From the NCBI GenBank assembly GCA_964016885.1, contig OZ024740.1, positions 108,686,001-108,750,000 on the forward strand: 64,000 nucleotides of DNA, read 5' to 3'. Positions 51,480 through 64,000 of this stretch are shown here, in pieces. Each line of letters begins with the position of its first letter. Positions within the stretch are counted from its first letter, which is position 1. Under the pieces are notes generated by a model that ran no database searches, was not told where the DNA came from, and worked only from the letters and a program-made list of their open reading frames with translations. The translations under genes were made by a program, and so were the position numbers. Source of the DNA: Eledone cirrhosa (taxonomy: Eukaryota).

Positions 51480-54400
51480 CTATAGTCTGATGTAGAGTGA
51501 AGGCCCATTCACACGGGCCATTCTCGCCACTTTCACCCATCTTTCATAAAAACGGCTGGGGTGCAGCACCTCTCTCTCCATCCTGATCCTTCTTCCGAAA
51601 TGATAACGGAAGAAACGGACCAGTTGTTGGCCAGAGAGAAAGGTGCCTGACCTCAGTCCTTTCAGACGCGTCCACCATACAACCTCTTTCGCCATGGCTA
51701 ATACGCACAGAAACACCGCCTCTGCTTCATCTTTGAAGGGGGGAGGCGGCTTGATCATTACAATAGACTCGGTGGTCAACCGGATCGGTCCGACCCTTGA
51801 CAGCAGTTGTTCGACATAGCCCCACAGATCGGCTACGCCCGAGCAGTGTACCAATGCGTGTGCAACGGTTTCCTCGTCGCACACGCATCTGGGACAGATC
51901 TTTTTGGCGGGGTCCCTACTCGGGCGCCCGTGTCTGTAGAGCCTTTCTCGAACGGGTAAAGCCCCTCGGTAGCACTGCCAGGCCAGGGACTTCTGGAAGT
52001 TGTCCATAGGTCCCGGGCTGAATGTCCTACCGAACAGGCTGGCCAGTTCGTCCTCCTCCATGTCTAGGGCTTCTCCGAGGGCGTCGTCGCACCTGCTGCG
52101 TACCAGCCCTCTATAGAATGTTGCGGTGGAGTCTCCACTGATAACCGGATCCGCCTGCCAGAGGGCGGTGAGCGCCTGGGCACACTCAGTGTGCCAGGCG
52201 CCCAGTTTTCTCGGTCTTTGCTTGACCCAGGATTGCAGCTCGGTGAGTGAGACGAGTCTGGGAAAGGTTCGTCTCACAAACGAGGCCCACACCGGTTGTC
52301 CGGTGAGGAATACGTAGAGGTGCCGTAGCCTTAATGCGTGTTTACGCATCATTAGCCACGGCATCCCCAGCCCTCCTTTCGAAGGGTGTTGACAGCAGAT
52401 GGATCTCCTCACCATAGGAGCCCGCCTCTTCCAAAGGAATTGGAAGAGCGCGCGCTCCATCTTGGTGAGGGTTTCCCTTGGGCAGGGCACTACGGTCAGG
52501 CGGTAGTAGATGACGGACGCTATGTAGGTGTTCGCCACCTCCGCCCGACCTTTCAGGGATAGTTTGCAACTGGCCCACTTCTGGGTCAGTGCAAACACCC
52601 TGTTCGTAACCTCCGCCCAGTTTTTCTCCACCTGGAGGTCCGGTCCGAACCAGACCCCGAGCAACTTCACCGGGCCCTCCGTCCAGCGTCCGACGACGCC
52701 ATCGGAGGGCATCGGTCTGCCCCTCCACGTGCCGAGTTGCAAACCGATCGACTTGTCCCGGTTCAGCTTAGCCCCTGTGAACTTTTCGTACTCCTCCAGT
52801 AAGGTGCCGACCGCCTCGATTTCGGAGGCCGTCGACACCATTACTGTCACGTCATCGGCGTAGGCCGACACCGCTTTCCGCAATCCCGGTTCCAAAGGGA
52901 TGCCCTGCAACAACTCCAACTTCCGCAGTAGTGGCTCGAGAGTCAACACATACAGAAGGGAGGAGAGAGGGCACCCTTATCGGATGGACCGCGCAATTTT
53001 GAACGGCTCCGAGAGGTAGCCGTTCACCTTGACCCTAGAGCAGATGCGGCTGCTGTGCATAGCAGTGATCCAGCCCCTGAAAACGGGTCCGAAGCCTGCC
53101 GCCGCTAGCACCGCATCCAGGTAACCATGGTCGACCCTATCGAACGCCTTAGATTGATCCAAGTTGATCAGAGCCCCACCAAAGCCGGGTTCGTTCCCAA
53201 CCCTCTCTATGATGTATCGCATGAGGTGGAGGTTGTCATGGATGGACCTGGACGGGATAGCGCATGTCTGCACATCTCCCACCAGGCTGCCCACGACAAG
53301 CGCCAACCTCTTTGCTAGCACCTTGGCCAAAATCTGTAACTCTGTATTTAGCAGAGTTATGGGCCTGAAGTTACTTATTTCGTCCCCCTTGTTCTCGTCC
53401 TTCCTCACTAGCGTGACTATGCCCTTGGTCACAGTACAGGGAATTCTCCCGTTCTGTTGCCAGTTGCAGTAGACCGCCTCGAGGAGATCGGGGAACAAGT
53501 CCGGCATAGCTAGATATAATTCGTAAGGAAGACCATCGAGACCCGGGGATTTGCGTTTGCCGCATTGGCTCAGCACGTCCTCTATCTCAGCGGCCGAAAT
53601 CGGCTCCTCGCAGGACTTCGCCTCCCTGTCCGAGAGGCGCGGCAGGCCGTCGAGGTATGGACCGAAGTCCACGTTCCCAACCGGCTCCCCGCCCCTCCCG
53701 AACAGTCGGGCAAAGTGCCTTTGAAAGGCCTCACACATCTGCTTAGGCTCAAGAATCGCCCGTCCATCCAGGTCTCGCAAAGACCGGATGGTGGATTTAG
53801 TTCCACTGTTGGCCTCTGTCACGCGGGCCCAGCCAACAGCTTTGGTCCCCTCGTTCCCTAGAGCACGTATTTTACTTCGGACAACGCAGCCTTCGTGCTT
53901 CGCGTAAAAAAACTGGCTCAAAGCCGTTCTCGACGCTAGCACTCTGGCCACGTCGCCGCTTCTAATTGCCTCTTCTACTCTATCTATTAGCTCCCTTTCC
54001 TTCCTATTCCTATCCGCAGCTAGAACCTTACTAAATTCTATCGAGACTACTCTAATCTCTCTCTTTAGAGATACCCACCATCTGCTGTTGACGATCGCTC
54101 CAGTCAACCGTTCCTTAACTAACGTACTAATCCGATTCCTGTAGGCTCTACTTGCCGGCAAGGACAAGTTGAGCTTCCAGTAACCGGGGCCCTGTCTATG
54201 AGTTCTGTCAAGGTTGACCATGCAGGTCACTAATTTGTGGTCTGAATAGCCAACCATGCGCATTTTTGGACAACTTAAAAAGTCCTTATCCTTAATTCTA
54301 ACTAAGAACCTATCTAGGTACGACCTAGATGATCCGCTACGATTTGCCCAAGTCCAGGTTGGCGCAGTCGGAACATCTAGTCGATATCTATCGGCCAGGT

Positions 54401-54917
54401 CAAATCGACCGATTAACCCTTTGAGGCTATTACACCCCTCTCTATCGGGGCAGACCCCTACGTAGTCCCAGCGTGCATCTAGGATACCATTCCAGTCCCC
54501 CACTAATAGCAAGGAGCGGGACGTCCCTAGAAAAGTCTCCAGACGATGGAAGAAGTCCGGCCGCATTGACCCGAAAGGGCCGTAGGCGGCTACCAACCTA
54601 AACGCTCCGCCTTTACCACTGCCAAGGTCTAGAACCACTAGTCGACCCTCCGGGTCCAAATGTACCATCTGTGTTGCGAGACCCAGATGTTTTTGCAGCA
54701 GAACGACAACTCCACCCCCACCTCCGGGCTGACAGAGAGATGCGTGCATCTCAAAGTCATCAAAGGTGGGGGCCAGCTGTCGCACGTTGCTGATCCGGGC
54801 CTCGCAAATAACCATAACATCTATACGTTGTGACCTGAGGTCATTTAGAAGCATTGCTTGCTTCCAAGTTGAGCCCAGGCCACGCGCATTTAAACAGCCT
54901 ACTCTTAGCATAGCCAT
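51480..54917 (-). pseudogene. Retrotransposon ORF2 (endonuclease-RT), copy 2, same in-frame TAA at 52977-52979
   Basis: Same motifs as copy 1. Track ORFs 52977-54941 and 51480-52949 are in frame. Five amino-acid differences from copy 1. Confidence 0.92.
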
Positions 54918-54941
54918 GTTGGTGGTGAAGAGAAAAGGCAC

Positions 54942-56099
54942 TTACCTCTCTGCGTCCCGGGTATCGGGCTGCACAATTTCCATTAGGGTGGGGGATGGGT
55001 TGTTGGGTGGGGTGGTGGTTTGTGGAAGTGTGGGGGCATCAGTGTGTTGTGTGGTTGGGGAGCTTGGAGTTGTGTGGGTGTTTGGGGAGGGGGTGGGATA
55101 GTTTTTTAGGAGGACGCGGTTAATGGGCCCGACGCAGGGGGGACCCACGTCCTCTTTAAAATTGTTTTTTAAAATTTTATAGGTGTCCTGTGGGGCCTTA
55201 ATCATTTTGAGGTGGGGGAAATCCCCTGCCTGGGTGAAGTTAGGCCCTTGTGTTTTTATTAGATTGTTGTTGTACACAATGTTTAACAGTTTTTTGTTTC
55301 TTGTATTTATGTATGTGTATGCATGTTTTTGTTTTTGTGTGGTGTTTTTTGTTTGCTGTTGTTGTGAGCTCTTTTGTGTTGGTGTCAGCGTTATGTTTTG
55401 GGGAGGGTTTTTTTTCATTTGTGTGTCTGAGGTGTGTTTTCTTTTTTTTCTTTTGATTGTGTGGAAGTGCTCCTCCTCGTCTGACGACGAACTAGGGTCA
55501 TCTTCCGCGTTGGAGGGGAGGGGTATATTTTCGGGTTGTGTTTGCGGTACGGGTGTTTTGGAAATTGTTTTTGTTTTTTGAGTGGAGGGGATGGGTTGGA
55601 CATTGTTTTGTTTTGGTTTGAGCTGTGGTGGTTGTTTTTGTAGTGGTAGTTGTGGTGATTGTGTTGGTTGTGCAGTTGTTGGTGGTGTAGGCAGGATTGG
55701 GGTTTTCTTATTAAGTTGGGGACAGACAGCCCTCAGGTGACCTCTGGTTCCGCAGAGGTAACACGAGGGCCGTCTACCCTCAACGGTAATGTTGATGAAG
55801 GTTAGATCATCCAGTATGACGCGTTCAGGGATCTGGGCGATCCTTTCGGGCCTCATTTGAACTACAAGTTCGAGGCTCGTTCCACTGAACGCGTCACCCG
55901 ATGCCTTTCCCATGGACACCAGCATGTCATCCTCCAGGTCCAGAAAACCTGTCAAAACCCACCATATGTCCATAATCGGCAGGATGGTGTGGATTTTTAT
56001 TTTTTGTGTTCTTCTACCCATGTACGTAGGGTAGAAGGTGTATGCGGTGGATGTGATTGGTTTGATGGACAGTTTCACTGCTGTGTCCCTGTCCTTCAT
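54942..56099 (-). CDS. Retrotransposon ORF1 (zinc-knuckle protein), copy 2
   Basis: Translation identical to copy 1 ORF1. Confidence 0.88.
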   Translation of the reverse strand: MKDRDTAVKLSIKPITSTAYTFYPTYMGRRTQKIKIHTILPIMDIWWVLTGFLDLEDDMLVSMGKASGDAFSGTSLELVVQMRPERIAQIPERVILDDLTFINITVEGRRPSCYLCGTRGHLRAVCPQLNKKTPILPTPPTTAQPTQSPQLPLQKQPPQLKPKQNNVQPIPSTQKTKTISKTPVPQTQPENIPLPSNAEDDPSSSSDEEEHFHTIKRKKRKHTSDTQMKKNPPQNITLTPTQKSSQQQQTKNTTQKQKHAYTYINTRNKKLLNIVYNNNLIKTQGPNFTQAGDFPHLKMIKAPQDTYKILKNNFKEDVGPPCVGPINRVLLKNYPTPSPNTHTTPSSPTTQHTDAPTLPQTTTPPNNPSPTLMEIVQPDTRDAER

Positions 56100-56104
56100 G
56101 AGAA

Positions 56105-56123
56105 TCTTTCATTAGAAATATAG
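56105..56123 (+). repeat. Apparent target-site duplication, right copy, element 2
   Basis: Same 19-mer and junction (...CATGAGAA|TCTTTC) as element 1. Confidence 0.8.
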
Positions 56124-59100
56124 TAATGAAAGGGTTGATGACATAGGCAGTGTCATCATTAGAAATATAGTAATGAAAGGGTTGATGACATAGGCAGTGT
56201 CTTTCATTAGAAATATAGTAATGAAAGGGTTGATGACATAGGCAGTGTCTTTCATTAGAAATATAGTAATGAAAGGGTTGATGACATAGGCAGTGTCTTT
56301 CATTAGAAATATAGTAATGAAAGGGTTGATGACACAGGCAGTGTCATCATTAGAAATATAGTACTGAAAGGGTTGATGACATAGGCAGTGTCTTTCATTA
56401 GAAATATTGTACTGAAAGGGTTGATGACATAGGCAGTGTCTTTCATTAGAAATATTGTACTGAAAGGGTTGATGACATAGGCAGTATCATCATTAGAAAT
56501 ATTGTAATGAAAGGGTTGATGACATAGGCAGTGTCATCATTAGAAATATAGTAATGAAAGGGTTGATGACATAGGCAGTGTCTTTCATTAGAAATATTGT
56601 AATGAAAGGGTTGATGACATAGGCAGTGTCTTTCATTAGAAATATAGTAATGAAAGGGTTGATGACATAGGCAGTGTCTTTCATTAGAAATATAGTAATG
56701 AAAGGGTTGATGACATAGGCAGTGTCTTTCATTAGAAATATTGTAATGAAAGGGTTGATGACATAGGCAGTGTCTTTCATTAGAAATATAGTAATGAAAG
56801 GGTTGATGACATAGGCAGTCTCTTTCATTAGAAATATAGTAATGAAAGGGTTGATGACATAGGCAGTATCATCATTAGAAATATAGTAATGAAAGGGTTG
56901 ATGACATAGGCAGTCTCTTTCATTAGAAATATAGTAATGAAAGGGTTGATGACATAGGCAGTCTCTTTCATTAGAAATATAGTAATGAAAGGGTTGATGA
57001 CATAGGCAGTCTCTTTCATTAGAAATATAGTAATGAAAGGGTTGATGACATAGGCAGTGTCTTTCATTAGAAATATAGTAATGAAAGGGTTGATGACATA
57101 GGCAGTCTCTTTCATTAGAAATATAGTAATGAAAGGGTTGATGACATAGGCAGTGTCTTTCATTAGAAATATTGTAATGAAAGGGTTGATGACATAGGCA
57201 GTGTCTTTCATTAGAAATATAGTAATGAAAGGGTTGATGACATAGGCAGTGTCTTTCATTAGAAATATTGTAATGAAAGGGTTGATGACATAGGCAGTGT
57301 CTTTCATTAGAAATATAGTAATGAAAGGGTTGATGACATAGGCAGTGTCTTTCATTAGAAATATAGTAATGAAAGGGTTGATGACATAGGCAGTATCATC
57401 ATTAGAAATATAGTAATGAAAGGGTTGATGACATAGGCAGTGTCATCATTAGAAATATAGTAATGAAAGGGTTGATGACATAGGCAGTGTCTTTCATTAG
57501 AAATATTGTAATGAAAGGGTTGATGACATAGGCAGTGTCTTTCATTAGAAATATAGTAATGAAAGGGTTGATGACATAGGCAGTGTCTTTCATTAGAAAT
57601 ATTGTAATGAAAGGGTTGATGACATAGGCAGTGTCTTTCATTAGAAATATAGTAATGAAAGGGTTGATGACATAGGCAGTGTCTTTCATTAGAAATATAG
57701 TAATGAAAGGGTTGATGACACAGGCAGTGTCTTTCATTAGAAATATTGTACTGAAAGGGTTGATGACATAGGCAGTGTCTTTCATTAGAAATATTGTACT
57801 GAAAGGGTTGATGACATAGGCAGTATCATCATTAGAAATATTGTAATGAAAGGGTTGATGACATAGGCAGTGTCATCATTAGAAATATAGTAATGAAAGG
57901 GTTGATGACATAGGCAGTGTCTTTCATTAGAAATATTGTAATGAAAGGGTTGATGACATAGGCAGTGTCTTTCATTAGAAATATTGTACTGAAAGGGTTG
58001 ATGACATAGGCAGTATCATCATTAGAAATATTGTAATGAAAGGGTTGATGACATAGGCAGTGTCATCATTAGAAATATAGTAATGAAAGGGTTGATGACA
58101 TAGGCAGTGTCTTTCATTAGAAATATTGTAATGAAAGGGTTGATGACATAGGCAGTGTCTTTCATTAGAAATATTGTAATGAAAGGGTTGATGACATAGG
58201 CAGTGTCTTTCATTAGAAATATTGTAATGAAAGGGTTGATGACATAGGCAGTGTCTTTCATTAGAAATATAGTAATGAAAGGGTTGATGACATAGGCAGT
58301 CTCTTTCATTAGAAATATAGTAATGAAAGGGTTGATGACATAGGCAGTGTCTTTCATTAGAAATATAGTAATGAAAGGGTTGATGACATAGGCAGTGTCT
58401 TTCATTAGAAATATAGTAATGAAAGGGTTGATGACATAGGCAGTGTCTTTCATTAGAAATATAGTAATGAAAGGGTTGATGACATAGGCAGTCTCATTCA
58501 TTAGAAATATAGTAGTAAAAGGGTTGATGACATAGGCAGTGTCTTTCATATGAAGGGGTTGATGACATAGGCAGTGTCTTTCATATGAAGGGGTTGATGA
58601 CATAGGCAGTGTCTTTCATTAGAAATATAGTAATGAAAGGGTTGATGACATAGGCAGTGTCTTTCATTAGAAATATTGTAATGAAAGGGTTGATGACATA
58701 GGCAGTGTCTTTCATTAGAAATATTGTAATGAAAGGGTTGATGACATAGGCAGTGTCTTTCATTAGAAATGTTGTAATGAAAGGGTTGATGACATAGGCA
58801 GTGTCTTTCGTTAGAAATATAGTAATGAAAGGGTTGATGACATAGGCAGTGTCTTTCATTAGAAATATTGTAATGAAAGGGTTGATGACATAGGCAGTGT
58901 CTTTCATTAGAAATATAGTAATGAAAGGGTTGATGACATAGGCAGTGTCTTTCATTAGAAATATTGTAATGAAAGGGTTGATGACATAGGCAGTGTCATC
59001 ATTAGAAATATAGTAATGAAAGGGTTGATGACATAGGCAGTGTCTTTCTTTAGAAATATGGTAATGAAAGGGTTGATGACATAGGCAGTGTCTTTCATTA

Positions 59101-62100
59101 GAAATATAGTAATGAAAGGGTTGATGACATAGGCAGTGTCTTTCATTAGAAATATAGTAATGAAAGGATTGATGACATAGGCAGTGTCTTTCATTAGAAA
59201 TATAGTAATGAAAGGGTTGATGACATAGGCAGTGTCATCATTAGAAATATAGTAATGAAAGGGTTGATGACATAGGCAGTGTCTTTCATTAGAAATATAG
59301 TAATGAAAGGGTTGATGACATAAGCAGTGTCTTTCATTAGAAATATAGTAATGAAAGGGTTGATGACATAGGCAATATCATCATTAGAAATATAGTAATG
59401 AAAGGGTTGATGACATAGGCAGTGTCTTTCATTAGAAATATAGTAATGAAAGAGTTGATGACATAGGCTGTGTCTTTCATTAGAAATATTGTAATGAAAG
59501 GGTTGATGACATAGGCAGTGTCTTTCATTAGAAATATAGTAATGAAAGGGTTGATGACATAGGCAGTGTCTTTCATTAGAAATATTGTAATGAATGGATT
59601 AATGACATAGGCAGTGTCATCATTAGAAATATTGTAATGAAAGGGTTGATGACATAGGCAGTGTCTTTCATTAGAAATGAAGTAAGTAAAGGGTTGATGA
59701 CATAGGCAGTGTCTTTCATTAGAAATATTGTAATGAATGGATTAATGACATAGGCAGTGTCTTTCATTAGAAATATAGTAATGAAAGGGTTGATGACATA
59801 GGCAGTGTCTTTCATTAGAAATATAGTAATGAAAGGGTTGATGACATAGGCAGTGTCTTTCATTAGAAATATTGTAATGAAAGGGTTGATGACATAGGCA
59901 GTCTATTTCATTAGAAATATAGTAATGAAAGGGTTGATGACATAGGCAGTGTCTTTCATTAGAAATATTGTACTGAATGGATTAATGACATAGGCAGTAT
60001 CATCATTAGAAATATAGTAATGAAAGGGTTGATGACATAGGCAGTGTCATCATTAGAAATATAGTAATGAAAGGGTTGATGACATAGGCAGTGTCTTTCA
60101 TTAGAAATATAGTAATGAAAGGGTTGATGACATAGGCAGTGTCATCATTAGAAATATTGTACTGAATGGATTAATGACATAGGCAGTGTCTTTCATTAGA
60201 AATATTGTAATGAAAGGGTTGATGACACAGGCAGTGTCTTTCATTAGAAATATTGTACTGAAAGGGTTGATGACATAGGCAGTGTGATCATTAGAAATAT
60301 AATAATGAAAGGGTTGATGACATAGGCTGTGTCTTTCATTAGAAATATTGTACTGAATGGATTAATGACATAGGCAGTGTCTTTCCTTAGAAATATAGTA
60401 ATGAAAGGGTTGATGACATAGGCAGTGTCTTTCATTAGAAATATAGTAATGAAAGGGTTGATGACATAGGCAGTGTCTTTCATTAGAAATATAGTAATGA
60501 AAGGGTTGATGACATAGGCAGTGTCTTTCATTAGAAATATTGTAATGAAAGGGTTGATGACATAGGCAGTGTCTTTCATTAGAAATATAGTAATGAAAGG
60601 GTTGATGACATAGGCAGTGTCTTTCATTAGAAATATAGTAATGAAAGGGTTGATGACATAAGCAATGTCTTTCATTAGAAATATAGTAATGAAAGGGTTG
60701 ATGACATAGGCAGTGTCTTTCATTAGAAATATAGTAATGAAAGGGTTGATGACATAGGCAGTGTCTTTCATTAGAAATATAGTAATGAAAGGGTTGATGA
60801 CATAGGCAGTCTTTCTTTAGAAATATAGTAATGAAAGGGATGATGACATAGGCAGTGTCTTTCATTAGAAATATAGTGATGAAAGGGTTGATGACATAGG
60901 CAGTGTCTTTTATTAGAAATATGGTAATGAAAGGGTTGATGACATAGGCAGTGTCTTTCATTAGAAATATAGTAATGAAAGGGTTGATGACATAGGCAGT
61001 GTCATCATTAGAAATATAGTAATGAAAGGGTTGATGACATAGGCAGTGTCTTTCATTAGAAATATAGTAATGAAAGGGTTGATGACATAAGCAGTGTCTT
61101 TCATTAGAAATATAGTAATGAAAGGGTTGATGACATAGGCAATATCATCATTAGAAATATAGTAATGAAAGGGTTGATGACATAGGCAGTGTCTTTCATT
61201 AGAAATATAGTAATGAAAGAGTTGATGACATAGGCTGTGTCTTTCATTAGAAATATTGTAATGAAAGGGTTGATGACATAGGCAGTGTCTTTCATTAGAA
61301 ATATAGTAATGAAAGGGTTGATGACATAGGCAGTGTCTTTCATTAGAAATATTGTAATGAATGGATTAATGACATAGGCAGTGTCATCATTAGAAATATT
61401 GTAATGAAAGGGTTGATGACATAGGCAGTGTCTTTCATTAGAAATGAGGTAAGTAAAGGGTTGATGACATAGGCAGTGTCTTTCATTAGAAATATTGTAA
61501 TGAATGGATTAATGACATAGGCAGTGTCTTTCATTAGAAATATAGTAATGAAAGGGTTGATGACATAGGCAGTGTCTTTCGTTAGAAATATAGTAATGAA
61601 AGGGTTGATGACATAGGCAGTGTCTTTCATTAGAAATATTGTAATGAAAGGGTTGATGACATAGGCAGTCTATTTCATTAGAAATATAGTAATGAAAGGG
61701 TTGATGACATAGGCAGTGTCTTTCTTTAGAAATATAGTAATGAAAGGGTTGATGACATAGGCAGTGTCTTTCATTAGAAATATAGTAATGAAAGGGTTGA
61801 TGACATAGGCAGTGTCTTTCATTAGAAATATAGTAATGAAAGGGTTGATGACATAAGCAGTGTCTTTCATTAGAAATATAGTAATGAAAGGGTTGATGAC
61901 ATAGGCAATATCATCTTTAGAAATATAGTAATGAAAGGGTTGATGACATAGGCAGTGTCTTTCATTAGAAATATAGTAATGAAAGAGTTGATGACATAGG
62001 CTGTGTCTTTCATTAGAAATATTGTAATGAAAGGGTTGATGACATAGGCAGTGTCTTTCATTAGAAATATTGTAATGAAAGGGTTGATGACATAGGCAGT

Positions 62101-62199
62101 GTCTTTCATTAGAAATATAGTAATGAAAGGGTTGATGACATAGGCAGTGTCATCATTAGAAATATAGTAATGAAAGGGTTGATGACATAGGCAGTGTCT

Positions 62200-63450
62200 T
62201 TCATTAGAAATATAGTAATGAAAGGGTTGATGACATAAGTAGTGTCTTTCATTAGAAATATAGTAATGAAAGGGTTGATGACATAGGCAATATCATCATT
62301 AGAAATATAGTAATGAAAGGGTTGATGACATAGGCAGTGTCTTTCATTAGAAATATAGTAATGAAAGAGTTGATGACATAGGCTGTGTCTTTCATTAGAA
62401 ATATTGTAATGAAAGGGTTGATGACATAGGCAGTGTCTTTCATTAGAAATATAGTAATGAAAGGGTTGATGACATAGGCAGTGTCTTTCATTAGAAATAT
62501 TGTAATGAATGGATTAATGACATAGGCAGTGTCATCATTAGAAATATTGTAATGAAAGGGTTGATGACATAGGCAGTGTCTTTCATTAGAAATGAGGTAA
62601 GTAAAGGGTTGATGACATAGGCAGTGTCTTTCATTAGAAATATTGTAATGAATGGATTAATGACATAGGCAGTGTCTTTCATTAGAAATATAGTAATGAA
62701 AGGGTTGATGACATAGGCAGTGTCTTTCATTAGAAATATAGTAATGAAAGGGTTGATGACATAGGCAGTGTCTTTCATTAGAAATATTGTAATGAAAGGG
62801 TTGATGACATAGGCAGTCTATTTCATTAGAAATATAGTAATGAAAGGGTTGATGACATAAGCAGTGTCTTTCATTAGAAATATAGTAATGAAAGGGTTGA
62901 TGACATAGGCAATATCATCATTAGAAATATAGTAATGAAAGGGTTGATGACATAGGCAGTGTCTTTCATTAGAAATATAGTAATGAAAGAGTTGATGACA
63001 TAGGCTGTGTCTTTCATTAGAAATATTGTAATGAAAGGGTTGATGACATAGGCAGTGTCTTTCATTAGAAATATAGTAATGAAAGGGTTGATGACATAGG
63101 CAGTGTCTTTCATTAGAAATATTGTAATGAATGGATTAATGACATAGGCAGTGTCATCATTAGAAATATTGTAATGAAAGGGTTGATGACATAGGCAGTG
63201 TCTTTCATTAGAAATGAGGTAAGTAAAGGGTTGATGACATAGGCAGTGTCTTTCATTAGAAATATTGTAATGAATGGATTAATGACATAGGCAGTGTCTT
63301 TCATTAGAAATATAGTAATGAAAGGGTTGATGACATAGGCAGTGTCTTTCATTAGAAATGTAGTAATGAAAGGGTTGATGACATAGGCAGTGTCTTTCAT
63401 TAGAAATATTGTAATGAAAGGGTTGATGACATAGGCAGTCTATTTCATTA
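62200..63450. repeat. Higher-order satellite repeat, period 622 bp (13 monomers; ends approximate)
   Basis: Offsets 62252/62874 and 62491/63113. Confidence 0.75.
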
Positions 63451-64000
63451 GAAATATAGTAATGAAAGGGTTGATGACATAGGCAGTGTCTTTCTTTAGA
63501 AATATAGTAATGAAAGGGTTGATGACATAGGCAGTGTCTTTCATTAGAAATATAGTAATGAAAGGGTTGATGACATAGGCAGTGTCTTTCATTAGAAATA
63601 TAGTAATGAAAGAGTTGATGACATAGGCTGTGTCTTTCATTAGAAATATTGTAATGAAAGGGTTGATGACATAGGCAGTGTCTTTCATTAGAAATATAGT
63701 AATGAAAGAGTTGATGACATAGGCAGTGTCTTTCATTAGAAATATAGTAATGAAAGGGTTGATGACATAGGCAGTGTCATCATTAGAAATATAGTAATGA
63801 AAGGGTTGATGACATAGGCAGTGTCTTTCATTAGAAATATAGTAATGAAAGGGTTGATGACATAAGCAGTGTCTTTCATTAGAAATATAGTAATGAAAGG
63901 GTTGATGACATAGGCAATATCATCATTAGAAATATAGTAATGAAAGGGTTGATGACATAGGCAGTGTCTTTCATTAGAAATATAGTAATGAAAGAGTTGA

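Larger units (their letters stand above)
51217..56104 (-). mobile_element. Non-LTR retrotransposon (LINE), L1/Tx1 clade, copy 2
   Basis: Same length (4,888 bp), junctions and orientation as copy 1, at offset +13,985. I found only 8 substitutions by eye. Confidence 0.95.
56105..64000. repeat. 48-bp satellite tandem array, right block (continues beyond window end)
   Basis: Same monomer and orientation. Variant order largely repeats that of 42120-51216. Confidence 0.99.

Noticed and set aside
37232-56104. Two independent site-specific insertions, or LTRs of one large element
   Set aside because: Identical truncation point, shared nonsense codon and collinear flanking variants indicate duplication. 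The repeats are whole coding LINEs and the interval between them is only satellite.
172-63736. Dozens of minus-strand ORFs encoding (MKDTAYVINPFITIFL)n or (ERHCLCHQPFHYYISN)n
   Set aside because: The 48-bp monomer is a multiple of 3 with stop-free frames. ORF ends coincide with 47/35-bp variants, and there is no unique coding sequence or sign of selection.

Overview
Eukaryotic satellite-DNA window. About 54 kb is a head-to-tail array of a 48-bp, AT-rich (16/48 G+C), CpG-free monomer, consensus TCTTTCATTAGAAATATAGTAATGAAAGGGTTGATGACATAGGCAGTG. The array also holds 47-bp and 35-bp length variants and nested kb-scale higher-order duplications. Two near-identical 4,888-bp copies of an L1/Tx1-clade non-LTR retrotransposon interrupt it on the minus strand (37232-42119 and 51217-56104, offset 13,985 bp). 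Each has a CCHC zinc-knuckle ORF1, an APE-endonuclease/RT/C-terminal zinc-finger ORF2 and a structured 3' UTR. Both copies sit at the same monomer position with the same 19-bp apparent target-site duplication, which equals one arm plus the loop of the monomer's 9-bp hairpin. They share the same 5' junction and the same nonsense codon in the RT 'RQGCPLS' motif. The simplest reading is one insertion later duplicated with its flanking satellite, so satellite-targeting by this family is a hypothesis, not shown. All 'MKDTAYVINPFITIFL'-type ORFs are translation artefacts of the satellite.
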